A stretch of 63,950 nt of DNA, filler included, from Candidatus Rokuibacteriota bacterium (GTDB taxonomy: Bacteria > JAUVQV01 > DATDCY01): assembly GCA_031406795.1 (NCBI GenBank). It is 9 parts of 9 records of this genome, joined end to end, with 100 filler letters (N's around TTAATTAATTAA, not from the genome) between each part and the next. Parts side by side here need not be neighbours in the genome. Positions count along the whole stretch, not along the records: positions 54,998 to 61,534 come from JANOHV010000058.1; positions 61,635 to 63,950 come from JANOHV010000133.1; 7 more parts are not named here. The stretch is one strand, 5' to 3'. Positions 54,998 to 63,950 of the stretch are shown piece by piece. The position numbers and the translations under genes were made by a program. The notes under the pieces are model-generated. The model saw only the letters and a list, made by a program, of their open reading frames with translations. It was not told the DNA's origin and made no database searches. Every line of letters starts with the position of its first letter. Position 1 is the stretch's first letter.

Positions 54998-55789
54998 CGC
55001 CGCTTCGCGATGCTCGAGAAGGGGCTCGTCCTCGTGACCGGCCCGACGGGCAGCGGCAAGTCCACGACGCTCGCGGCGATCATCGATTACTGCAACAAGA
55101 ACCGCCGCGACCACATTGTCACCATCGAGGACCCGATCGAGTTCAAGCACTCCCGCATCAACTGCATCGTCAACCACCGTGAAGTCGGGCTGCACACGCG
55201 CAGCTTCGCCGCGGCGCTGCGCGGGGCGCTGCGCGAGGATCCGGACATCATCATGATCGGCGAGATGCGCGACCTGGAGACGATTTCGCTGGCGCTGGAG
55301 GCGGCCTCGACCGGACATCTGGTTTTCGCCACGCTGCACACCCAGAGCGCGATGAAGACCATCGACCGCATCATCGACGCCTTTCCGACCAACGCCCAGG
55401 AGCAGGTGCGCTCGACGCTCGCGGACACCCTCAAGGGAGTGCTCGCCCAGACGCTGTTCAAGCGCATCGACACGCGCGGCCTCACCGCCGCGATCGAAAT
55501 TCTCGTGGGCACCGCGGCCTGCGCGAACCTGATCCGCGAGGCCAAGACCCACCAGCTGATGAGCGTCATCCAGACGGGGCGCAAACTGGGGATGCAGACG
55601 CTGGACGACGCGATCGAGGCGTTGCTCATCAAGCGCCAGATCTCCCCCGAGGAGGCCTTCGAGAAGTCGATCCAGAAAGAGCGCTTCACCCCGTATCTGA
55701 CGTCGATCCCCCTCGAGTATCAGGATGTGCTCGGGAAGGACGGCGGCAAGGCGCCGGCCGGCGTCCGTCCCGGCGAGGGGCGGCGATGA
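54998..55789 (+). CDS. pilT: type IV pilus retraction ATPase (partial)
   Basis: GPTGSGKST, TIEDPIE, LREDPD, GEMRD, TGHLV..TLH, NLIRE, GMQT. Confidence 0.9.
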   Translation, partial: RRFAMLEKGLVLVTGPTGSGKSTTLAAIIDYCNKNRRDHIVTIEDPIEFKHSRINCIVNHREVGLHTRSFAAALRGALREDPDIIMIGEMRDLETISLALEAASTGHLVFATLHTQSAMKTIDRIIDAFPTNAQEQVRSTLADTLKGVLAQTLFKRIDTRGLTAAIEILVGTAACANLIREAKTHQLMSVIQTGRKLGMQTLDDAIEALLIKRQISPEEAFEKSIQKERFTPYLTSIPLEYQDVLGKDGGKAPAGVRPGEGRR

Positions 55790-56949
55790 ACCGGGATGAG
55801 CTCGAGCACCATCTCGAAGCGATGCTCCGGGCCTTCCCCGGGGCTTCCGACCTGAACTTCACCCCCGGGCGGCGGCCTCAGGCGGAAGTCGACGGCGAGT
55901 TGCGGGAGGCCGGGGGCACGGGCGCGGTTCTGGCGCCGGCGGCGTGCGAGGCGATCGCGGAACTCCTCATCGGCGATTCGCGCGTGCACCGCGAGACGCT
56001 CGCCGCCACCGGCGCCTGCGACCTCTCCTGGAGCCTGCCGTCGGGGACCCGGCTGCGCGTCAACGTGTTCCGCGCGCGCGGGGGGACGTCGATCGTGCTG
56101 CGCGTGCTCCACGTCGAAATCCCGACGCTCGAGCAGCTCTGCCTGCCCGAACGTCTCGCGGGGCTGGCCGGACTGCACGACGGGCTGGTGCTGGTCACCG
56201 GCGCCACCGGCAGCGGCAAGTCCACGACCCTCGCCGCGGTGATCGGCCTGATCAACGCGACGCGCCGGGTCCACGTCGTGACCCTCGAGGACCCGATCGA
56301 ATATGTGCACACGCCGCAGCTGGCGACCATCAACCAGCGCGAACTGGGCGCCGACTTCCCGAACTTTGCGGCCGGGTTGCGTTCGGCACTGCGCCAGGCG
56401 CCCAAGGTGATCATGGTCGGGGAGCTGCGCGACGCGGAGTCGGTCGAGATCGCCCTCAAGGCCGCGGAGACCGGGCACCTCGTGCTCGCCACGCTGCACA
56501 CCATCGACGCCGGGCAGGCGATCGGGCGGCTCACGGGCATCTTCCACCCGTCCGAGCAGCGTCTGGTCCGCAATAGGCTGGCCGAGGTCCTGCACAGCGT
56601 GGTCGCCCAGCGCCTGCTGCCGCGCGAGGGCGGGGGGCGGGTCGCGGCGGTCGAGATGATGGGGCAGAGCCTGCGCGTGCGCGAGCTGATCCGCGAGGGG
56701 GAGGGGGCCGAGGCGACTTTTCGCCAGGCGATCGCCGAGGGGCGCTCCTACGGCTGGCAGACCTTCGACCAGCACATCGTCGATCTCTTCGAGCGCGGGC
56801 TGGTTACGGCGGAGACGGCGCTTGCGTCCGCTTCCGAGCTTGCCGAGGTGCTGCGCGGGATCGACCGGGTCCGGTCGGCTCGTGGCGAGGAGACTTCGAC
56901 TTTGGGCGCGCTGCAGATGGAGCGCGGTCCCGGGGCGCCGCAACCATGA
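55786..56949 (+). CDS. PilT/PilU family ATPase
   Basis: GATGSGKST, EDPIE, LRQAP, GELRD, TGHLV..TLH. Confidence 0.9.
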   Translation: MNRDELEHHLEAMLRAFPGASDLNFTPGRRPQAEVDGELREAGGTGAVLAPAACEAIAELLIGDSRVHRETLAATGACDLSWSLPSGTRLRVNVFRARGGTSIVLRVLHVEIPTLEQLCLPERLAGLAGLHDGLVLVTGATGSGKSTTLAAVIGLINATRRVHVVTLEDPIEYVHTPQLATINQRELGADFPNFAAGLRSALRQAPKVIMVGELRDAESVEIALKAAETGHLVLATLHTIDAGQAIGRLTGIFHPSEQRLVRNRLAEVLHSVVAQRLLPREGGGRVAAVEMMGQSLRVRELIREGEGAEATFRQAIAEGRSYGWQTFDQHIVDLFERGLVTAETALASASELAEVLRGIDRVRSARGEETSTLGALQMERGPGAPQP

Positions 56950-58235
56950 ACGAGCCGCCCGCCGACACCCCGGTTGTCGAGCAGCTGCTGCGCGACGTGG
57001 TGGGCAAGCCGCCGCAGGTTCGCGACGACATCGCCCGCGCCCTGGTCGCCGCGGCCGCCCCGAGCCGGATGGAGGCGGCGATCGGTCAGATGATGCATGC
57101 GCCCGCGCCCGAGCAGCGCGAGGCTGCGCTCAGCCTGATCGCGGCGCTCCCGGATTGGCAGCCGCACCTGCGGCACCTGAAGGTCGCCCTCCAGGACCCG
57201 GTCCCGGAGCTGCGCCAGAGTGCCGCCCGGATTCTGTGCCGCGGCAGCGAGAGCCGCGCGGTCCACCTGGTGCTGCTCGAGCTGCTGCGGGACGAGGACC
57301 CGGTGATCCGCCGGCAGGTTATCTCGACGCTGGCCGCGAGCCCGCACCCCGACGTGGTCGAACCCTTCCTGGAGCGGCTCTCTCAGGAGGAGCCGGCCGG
57401 GCAGGCGCTGATCGTCGACGCGCTCAAGGGGCTCGCCGGCAACGCCGAGGCCCGGCTCACGGAGCGGCTGCTGCCGGTCCTCGCCAACGAGGACGAGCGC
57501 GTGCGGGAGGCGGCGGTCAGGCTGCTCGGTCAGATGCCCAACGCCGTCGAAATCCTGCGCGCGTACCTGATCTACAGCCGCGGGCTGGCGTTCTGGCTGC
57601 GCGAGCGCGCCGCAGCCTCGATCACGAAGATCGCACCCGACATCGTCGAGCCGCTCAGCTGCCTGATGCAGGACGCCGAGTTGGACGTCCGCATTGGCGC
57701 GGTCGTCATGGCCTCGACCTGCCGCGACCCCCGGATCGTCCCCCGGACCCTCGAGATCTTTCTCGGCTCGGACGACTGGTGGGTCCGGAGCATCGCCGCC
57801 GAGGTCCTCGGTCATTTTCCCTCCCCCGAGGTCACCCGGGCGCTGCAGAGCCGCATTGACGACCCCGACGTGCGCTCGAGCGTAATCGCCGTGCTGGCGA
57901 AGGTGCGGGATTGCGAGTCCGACGCCTGTCTTCTCCAGTGTCTCGGCGACGTCGACCGCGGCACCCGCATGGCCACGCTTGACGCCCTCGCCCCCGTGCG
58001 GAGCCCGGAAGTGTATGCCGCGCTTCAGCAGGTTGCGCTCGGCGACCCGGAGCCCGCGCTGCGGGACAAGGCCGTCGTGATCCTCGAGAGCCACGGCCCG
58101 GCCGCCGAACAGCAACTGCGGGCAGTCGCCGGGGCCGGCGTCGTGCCGCGTCCCCCGGGGGGCGTTGGAGACGAATTGCAGCTCTCGATGGAGAACGAAG
58201 CACTCTCGCGCAAAGCGGGCCCGGCTGACCCCTGA
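56946..58235 (+). CDS. HEAT-repeat protein
   Basis: Repeated L.D.D..VR..A...L units. Confidence 0.85.
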   Translation: MNEPPADTPVVEQLLRDVVGKPPQVRDDIARALVAAAAPSRMEAAIGQMMHAPAPEQREAALSLIAALPDWQPHLRHLKVALQDPVPELRQSAARILCRGSESRAVHLVLLELLRDEDPVIRRQVISTLAASPHPDVVEPFLERLSQEEPAGQALIVDALKGLAGNAEARLTERLLPVLANEDERVREAAVRLLGQMPNAVEILRAYLIYSRGLAFWLRERAAASITKIAPDIVEPLSCLMQDAELDVRIGAVVMASTCRDPRIVPRTLEIFLGSDDWWVRSIAAEVLGHFPSPEVTRALQSRIDDPDVRSSVIAVLAKVRDCESDACLLQCLGDVDRGTRMATLDALAPVRSPEVYAALQQVALGDPEPALRDKAVVILESHGPAAEQQLRAVAGAGVVPRPPGGVGDELQLSMENEALSRKAGPADP

Positions 58236-58278
58236 GGCAGGGTCCCGCAACGAGTCGCCGCGTCGATCGCGCCGCTGA

Positions 58279-58911
58279 TCAGGCGCTCAGGGCCCGGATC
58301 CGCTCCATCAACAGGGCCGTGGCCTCCTCCAAGTGCTCTCTTGCGGCATGGCCGCGCCAGGCCTCCGGGAATTCGAGCGGTTCGCCGAAGCGGACCAGGA
58401 CCGGCCCCGGCCGCGGGAACCGGTGGTGACGCGACCAGACCGCGTAGGTGCCGACGATCCCGGCGGGGACCAGCGGCACGCCCGCGCGCAGCGCCAAGAG
58501 CACCGCCCCGGGCTTGCCCGCCTTCAGGCTGCCGTCGTCGGATCGCCCCCCTTCGGGGAAAATCCCGATCATCGCGCCCGCCCTGAGCGCCAGCAACGCC
58601 CGGCGCAGCGAGCCGAGGTCGCGCGTGTCGTTTCCGACGGGGATGGCCCCCGTGCGCACCGCGACCCAGTGCACGAGCGGCCACCGGTAGACGCCGCGAT
58701 CGATGATGAAGCGGATGGGTCGCGTGCAGGCCATGAACAGGACAATCGGGTCGAGATAACTCGTGTGGTTCGCGGCGATGAGGCAGGGACCCGCGCCCGG
58801 CACGCGCGTCGCCCCCTCGACCCGCAGGCGAAGAGACCAGCGCGGCAGAAGACAGAGTATCCGCAGGAAGCGATAGAAGAAGGTTGTCTCGCCCGCCATG
58901 CGCCACACCAT
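58279..58911 (-). CDS. lysophospholipid acyltransferase (PlsC family)
   Basis: NHTSYLD, IFPEG.RS, VPLVP. Confidence 0.9.
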   Translation of the reverse strand: MVWRMAGETTFFYRFLRILCLLPRWSLRLRVEGATRVPGAGPCLIAANHTSYLDPIVLFMACTRPIRFIIDRGVYRWPLVHWVAVRTGAIPVGNDTRDLGSLRRALLALRAGAMIGIFPEGGRSDDGSLKAGKPGAVLLALRAGVPLVPAGIVGTYAVWSRHHRFPRPGPVLVRFGEPLEFPEAWRGHAAREHLEEATALLMERIRALSA

Positions 58912-59102
58912 AGCTGAATCGCCGGGCGTGGCAAGTGCGCTGCGCTCCGGCGGCAACGCTCGATGCGGTGCGGGCGCCTGCGCGCGGCGCCGTGGTATCA
59001 TCGGCCGGGTGAAGACGACGGGGATTCCATGAGCGAACGCACCGGCCCGCCCCTGCGGCCCGGTCTGCGCGAGAGGTACGCCGTTCCCGCCGGAAGCTCG
59101 CG

Positions 59103-60134
59103 GTGAGCGTGCCCGCGGGGAGCGGCGCCGACGTTCTCGTCACCGGCGGCACCGGTTATTTCGGCGTCCGACTCGTGCAGGCGCTTCGCCTCCGGGGCGC
59201 GCGCGTCCGGGTGCTGGCGCGGCCCTCGACCGACACGAAGCGGCTCGAGGCGCTCGGGGCGCAGATCGCCCGCGGCGACGTCACGGACCCGGCAAGTCTC
59301 GGCGCGGCGGTGGAAGGCCGGCCGGTCGTGATCCACGCCGCCGGCCGGGTCTCCGACTGGGGGCCGCGGCGCGAATTCTTCCGCGTCAATGCTCAGGGGA
59401 CCGCGAACATCGTGGCGGCGTGCCGCGGCGCGGGCGTGCGGCGGCTCGTGCACCTCGGCTCCCTCACCGTGCTCGGCCTGCCGCGGGATGGAGCTCTGAT
59501 CGACGAAACGGCGACGCCGCCGGCCGCTCCCGCCGACGCCTACACCGCGAGCCGGCTCTCGGGCGAGCGGATTGTCCGCGCGGCGCACGGGGAGGGGGGA
59601 CTCGAGACGGTCGTCGTCCGCTGCGGCCTGATCTGGGGTCCGGGGGAGCCGACGATTCTGCCGCGCATCCTCGCGCTGTTGCGGCGCGGACGGATGGTCT
59701 ACCCGGGCGGCGGCCGCAACCATCTCGGTCTGGCCTATGTCGACAACCTCGTCGAAGGCGTGATCCTCGCGGCAACGGTGCCGGCGGCCGCCGGCCGGCT
59801 CTACCATATCACCGACGGCGAGGACGTGACCTGCCGCGAAGCCCTCGACGCGATCGCCGCCGCGCTCGGGGTCCCGCCGCCGCGCCGCGCCGTGCCGTTC
59901 CCCGTGGTCTACGCGATCGCGGCGCTGCTCGAAGGGCTCGCCAGAGCCGTGCGCAGCGCCACGCCGCCGGCGATCACCCGGTACGGCGCCCGGCTGCTGG
60001 CCTGCGACTGCCGCTACGACATCGGCCGGGCTCGGCGGGAACTCGGCTACCGGCCGGCCGTCTCCTTCCGCGAGGGGGTCGCGCGCCTCGCTGCCGGTGG
60101 TCAATCCGGGGCCGGGAAGGACGGGCGGGCATGA
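59103..60134 (+). CDS. 3-beta-HSD-like extended SDR (OleD-like)
   Basis: VTGGTGYFG, HAAG, N..GT.N...AC, WGPGE, YVDN; catalytic YxxxK appears as YTASR. Confidence 0.8.
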   Translation: MSVPAGSGADVLVTGGTGYFGVRLVQALRLRGARVRVLARPSTDTKRLEALGAQIARGDVTDPASLGAAVEGRPVVIHAAGRVSDWGPRREFFRVNAQGTANIVAACRGAGVRRLVHLGSLTVLGLPRDGALIDETATPPAAPADAYTASRLSGERIVRAAHGEGGLETVVVRCGLIWGPGEPTILPRILALLRRGRMVYPGGGRNHLGLAYVDNLVEGVILAATVPAAAGRLYHITDGEDVTCREALDAIAAALGVPPPRRAVPFPVVYAIAALLEGLARAVRSATPPAITRYGARLLACDCRYDIGRARRELGYRPAVSFREGVARLAAGGQSGAGKDGRA

Positions 60135-61204
60135 GCGCGGCGCCGCTCAAAGTCCGCATCGAGTGTCTCGGTGTCCACCTGCCCGGGACGGTGCTGACCA
60201 CCGCGGCGCTGCTGGATCGCTGTCGGCGCCGCCCCGGGCTCGATCTCGAGGCGATCACCGGTATCCGCGAGCGGCGCGTCGCCGTCGGCGAGCACGCGCT
60301 CGAACTCGCCGTTCGCGCCGCCGAGCGGGCGCTGGCCCTCTCGCGGTACCGGCCCGAGGAACTCGAGGCGGTCATCTGCACCAGCATCTCCAAGCATCAC
60401 CGGGACGACGAATTCACGCTGGAGCCGGCCACCGCGGTCCTGGTGCGCAAGGCCATCGGGGCGCGCCGGGCGCTGGTCTTCGATGTGGTCAACGCCTGCG
60501 CCGGGATGCTCAACGGCATCGCCGTGCTGCGCGCGCTGATCCAGACCGGCGTCGTGCGCAACGGCATGGTGGTCAGCGGCGAGCAGAACCTGCCGCTGGC
60601 CGAGAGCGCGACGCGCGAAATCCGGCACAGTCTCGATCGGCAGCTCGCCGCGCTGACGCTCGGGGACGCGGGTGCGGCGCTGATCCTCGACGCCGCGACC
60701 GACGCGCGCTGCGGCATCCACCACCTGGAGCTGGTGACCGGGGCGAAACACGATCACTACTGTCGCTCGCTCCCCTCGCCGCGCGGGCGCGGCGGCATTC
60801 TGCTGACCAAGGCCCGCGGCCTGCAGCGCAAGGGCGCCGAGCATTTTCCGGTCTATCTGGAGCGCACGCTGGACGCCACCGGCTGGAGCATCGCGGATCT
60901 GCAGCACGTCATCCCGCACCAGGTATCGGTGCGCGCGGTGCGGCAGGGGGTCAAGGCGCTGGCGCGGTATTTCGGCCGCGAAATGCCCGACATCTTCCTC
61001 TGCTGCGCGGCGACGTACGGGAACACGACGACCACGAGCCACTTCGTCGCGCTTCACGAGTTCATGCTGAGCGGGCGCGTCAATGCGGGCGACAATCTGC
61101 TGCTTGTCAGCGGCGCCTCCGGCATCGTGATTGCGCACGCGACGCTGACTCTCGACGACCTGCCGCAGCGCTACCGTGCGCTCTGGGGGGGGGCAGGCCG
61201 CTGA
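60131..61204 (+). CDS. FabH/thiolase-fold condensing enzyme (OleA-like)
   Basis: LEPATA, DVVNAC, IPHQVS, YGNT. Confidence 0.8.
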   Translation: MSAAPLKVRIECLGVHLPGTVLTTAALLDRCRRRPGLDLEAITGIRERRVAVGEHALELAVRAAERALALSRYRPEELEAVICTSISKHHRDDEFTLEPATAVLVRKAIGARRALVFDVVNACAGMLNGIAVLRALIQTGVVRNGMVVSGEQNLPLAESATREIRHSLDRQLAALTLGDAGAALILDAATDARCGIHHLELVTGAKHDHYCRSLPSPRGRGGILLTKARGLQRKGAEHFPVYLERTLDATGWSIADLQHVIPHQVSVRAVRQGVKALARYFGREMPDIFLCCAATYGNTTTTSHFVALHEFMLSGRVNAGDNLLLVSGASGIVIAHATLTLDDLPQRYRALWGGAGR

Positions 61205-61534
61205 AAAGGGCCCATCTGCGGCGTTGGGCTTCGCCCTTCGTCACTGCGGCGTACTGTTCGTACGCCTCATTCCTCAGGACTCGCCCGCCTTGCACCTGGA
61301 CCCTTTTGAGCGGCCTGCCCCGCAGGCGCTGCACCCGGGCCGATCTGCGGCGTTGGGCTTCGCCCTTCGTCACTGCGGCGTACTGTTCGTACGCCTCATT
61401 CCTCAGGACTCGCCCGCCTTGCACCTTGACCCTTTTGAGCGGCCTGCCCCGCAGGCGCTGCACCCGGGCCGATCTGCGGCGTTGGGCTTCGCCCTTCGTC
61501 ACTGCGGCGTACTGTTCGTACGCCTCATTCCTCT
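61190..61534 (+). repeat. tandem array (129-bp period, at least 2.5 units) of family A MITE
   Basis: ATCTGCGGCGTTGGG at 61214, 61343 and 61472; 21-bp IR at 61190-61210 / 61301-61321. Confidence 0.88.
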
Positions 61535-61634
61535 NNNNNNNNNNNNNNNNNNNNNNNNNNNNNNNNNNNNNNNNNNNNTTAATTAATTAANNNNNNNNNN
61601 NNNNNNNNNNNNNNNNNNNNNNNNNNNNNNNNNN

Positions 61635-61708
61635 TGAAAGCCCAGCTTTCTGCGGATGGCGGCGGGGAGAACAATCTGGGACTTGCTGCTCAGTCTGGCC
61701 AGCGGCAT
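61635..61708 (-). CDS. AbrB/MazE family DNA-binding protein, N-terminal fragment
   Basis: LSSKSQIVLPAAIRRKLG. Confidence 0.75.
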
Positions 61709-61858
61709 GACGCACCTCCTGTGCTTTACACAAAGGTAAAGCATCCGCCATTGTTCGTCAAGGTTGCAGCCAGACAGGTTACGCGACCATCCGGCGGATG
61801 GTACCGCCTCGCTCTCGTCCTTTCCTCTCGGCACGCCATGTCGTAGGATGGAAGCGGC

Positions 61859-63580
61859 ATGCAACCCGAGAACTTCGTCGTCGCAGCCGTCTTCCTGCTG
61901 ATTGTCACCTCGGTGACGGTCGCCCTCGCCACGAGGTTCGGCCTCGGCTCGGTGATCGGACTGCTCGTCGCCGGCGTGATCGTCGGCCCGCATTCCCCGG
62001 GCCCGGCAATCACGCACGACGTCGAGAGCCTGCGCGGCTTCACCGAGTTCGGCGTGGTCCTGCTGCTCTTCGTGATCGGGCTCGAGATCCAGCCGGCGCG
62101 TCTCGCGGCGATGCGACGGGAAGTCTTCGGCGTCGGCTCGCTGCAGATCGCGCTCGCCGGGGCGGCGATCACCGCGTACCTGCTGCCGGGGCAGCAGACC
62201 TGGCAGGCCGCCCTGATCATCGGTCTGTCCCTCGCGCTCTCCTCCACGGCGTTCGTCATGCAGCTGCTCCGGGATCGTGGCGAGGTCGCCAGCCGGCACG
62301 GCACCACGGCCTTCGCGGTTCTGCTGATGCAGGACCTGGCGGTCGTGCCGATCATGGCTCTGGTGCCGCTGCTCGCCGGGGCCGGCGCCCTCGCCGCGGG
62401 TCCGCCACTCCCGGCCCGGCTCGCTCTGATCGCCGGCATGCTCGCCCTCGTGGTCGTGTTCGGCCGCTACATCGCGCCCTTCGCCCTCGAGCGGCTCGCG
62501 CGGCAGGGCAACCGCGAGGGGTTCCTGCTGGTGGTCATGCTGGCGGTCTTCCTCGCTGCCTGGGCCGTGCACCGCGCCGGCGCGTCGATGGCGCTCGGCG
62601 CGTTCATGATGGGCATGCTGCTCTCCGGCTCCCGCTACCACCTGCAGATTCAGGCGCTGATCGAGCCCTTCAAGGGGCTGCTGATGAGCATCTTCTTCGT
62701 CGCGGTGGGGATGTCCGTCGATCTCGGCGCGATCGTTGCGCGTCCGGGCGCCTTCGCGCGGGACGTGGCGCTCATCGTCATGCTGAAGATCCTCGCGATG
62801 GGCGTCGTCGGCTGGTTGTTCGGGCTTGGCCGCGCCGTCACCGTCCGGGTTTCTTTCCTGCTGGCGCAGGGCGGCGAGTTCGGCTTCGTGCTGCTGGGTT
62901 CCGCGCTGGCTCTCGGCGTCCTGAACGACGATGCTTTCGTCACCGGCATCGGCGTGATCTCGGTCAGCATGCTCCTGACTCCGCCGCTGGCGCGCCTCGG
63001 CGAGGCTCTCGCACAACGCTGGGAGCGATCGTCCGCGGCCGCGGCGGAGTCGCTTCCGGGCCCCGCCTCGGGCGGCCCCGAGCCGCGCGTGATCATCGGC
63101 GGCTACGGGAGGGTCGGGCACACGGTGGCAGCCGTTCTGGCCAGCAAAGGCATACCGTTGATCGTGATCGACGCCGACCCGGCCCGCGTCGACCGCGGCA
63201 AGGCCGACGGCTACCCGGTGTTCTACGGCGACATCGGCAACCTGGAGTTGCTGTCGGCCGCCGGCGCCGGGCGCGCGGACCTGGTGGTGCTGACGATCGA
63301 CCAGGAGCAGGCCACGCTTCGCGCCGTCACGCTGCTGCGAAGCGCCTGGCCCGAACTCCCGGTGATTGCCCGCGCCCGGGATCTGGCGGCGAGCGGCCGG
63401 CTGCTTGAAGCCGGGGCCACCCAGGCCTACCCGGAAGCGGTGGAGAGCAGCCTGCGTCTGGCCGGAAATGCCCTCCAGATGGTCGGCCTCGCCGGCCGCG
63501 ACGTGGACCTCGCGCTCGGGGATGCCCGCACGGGCAACTACGCGCTGGTGCGGCCCGATGAGGCAACCGATGGCCGTTGA
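61859..63580 (+). CDS. CPA2 family K+/H+ antiporter with TrkA-N domain (KefC-like)
   Basis: EFGVV.LLF.IGLE, ALSSTA, QD, IEPFKGLL, QGGEFGFV, GYGRVG. Confidence 0.9.
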   Translation: MQPENFVVAAVFLLIVTSVTVALATRFGLGSVIGLLVAGVIVGPHSPGPAITHDVESLRGFTEFGVVLLLFVIGLEIQPARLAAMRREVFGVGSLQIALAGAAITAYLLPGQQTWQAALIIGLSLALSSTAFVMQLLRDRGEVASRHGTTAFAVLLMQDLAVVPIMALVPLLAGAGALAAGPPLPARLALIAGMLALVVVFGRYIAPFALERLARQGNREGFLLVVMLAVFLAAWAVHRAGASMALGAFMMGMLLSGSRYHLQIQALIEPFKGLLMSIFFVAVGMSVDLGAIVARPGAFARDVALIVMLKILAMGVVGWLFGLGRAVTVRVSFLLAQGGEFGFVLLGSALALGVLNDDAFVTGIGVISVSMLLTPPLARLGEALAQRWERSSAAAAESLPGPASGGPEPRVIIGGYGRVGHTVAAVLASKGIPLIVIDADPARVDRGKADGYPVFYGDIGNLELLSAAGAGRADLVVLTIDQEQATLRAVTLLRSAWPELPVIARARDLAASGRLLEAGATQAYPEAVESSLRLAGNALQMVGLAGRDVDLALGDARTGNYALVRPDEATDGR

Positions 63581-63588
63581 CGCGTCCC

Positions 63589-63726
63589 TGCATCGAGGAG
63601 GCCAACGGCGATATTGCGTTCATCGCCAAGGCGCTGGGCGATATCGCCCGTGCCAAGGGTATGTCGCAGGTTGCGCAAGATGCCGGCCTGTCTCGTGAAA
63701 GTCTTTATAAGGCGCTCTCCGGCGAC
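63589..63726 (+). pseudogene. addiction-module antidote (HTH) fragment
   Basis: FIAKALGDIARAKGMSQVA.DAGLSRESLYKALSG with no start codon and no C-terminus. Confidence 0.78.
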
Positions 63727-63950
63727 GCGGCGTTCTATCTGTACAACTCGGTGAGCGGCAGGATGATCTACCATCAGCAGAAGGACGCGACCTCGGGATG
63801 GAACAGGACCATCTGCCTCGCGCGCGCCTCCCATCTCTCAGCTCTTCTTGTAGAACCCGCCTTTCTTTACCGTCTGCCGGAAACCATCCTCGTTCGGCTT
63901 GTTGAAGACATCAACTCCCCGCTCGATTTCCCCGGCATGTCTCTCATGTT

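Noticed and set aside
61190-61534. Possible CRISPR array
   Set aside because: Units are 129 bp and essentially identical, with no unique spacers and no cas genes. It is a tandem MITE.
63837-63950. C-terminal fragment of a minus-strand ORF at the window end
   Set aside because: Too short to assign a product.

Overview
The window is not contiguous. It holds nine contigs of a high-GC, deltaproteobacteria-like genome (probably a MAG), joined by artificial 100-bp N/TTAATTAATTAA linkers at 17483, 19855, 25859, 37956, 46915, 50459, 54898 and 61535. Contig 1 has the end of the dcw cluster (murB-ddl-ftsQ-ftsA-ftsZ, radical SAM, pgeF), then a lower-GC minus-strand integron cassette array of about 9 cassettes, 3 of them toxin-antitoxin; intI would lie beyond the contig end. 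The array's attC sites are heavily parasitised. (i) A IIB/chloroplast-like group II intron lineage sits in the sense strand exactly 5 nt into the attC R' crossover box at three cassette junctions (one full intron, one ORF-less derivative, one domain-VI scar), and its EBS1 loops read as complementary to the GTTRR core. (ii) A 140-bp hairpin element occurs twice between direct repeats of the R'' box, and several other attC sites carry a matching CCTTAT footprint. (iii) An IS110/IS1111-type element is itself interrupted by a 598-bp IS21-like non-autonomous element. The other contigs carry a ~20-heme cytochrome fragment, rpoC-rpsL-rpsG-fusA-tuf, a sigma54 signalling locus, propionyl-CoA carboxylase with a MeaB-epimerase fusion, a TA/Uma2 island next to EPS genes, a large multicopper oxidase, a Cyc2-like porin-cytochrome/cytochrome c/chemoreceptor operon, pilT-pilU, oleD/oleA-like genes and kefC. 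Three families of small repeats (two MITE-like, one GTAG REP-like) are dispersed through them. All calls come from reading motifs by eye; no searches were run.
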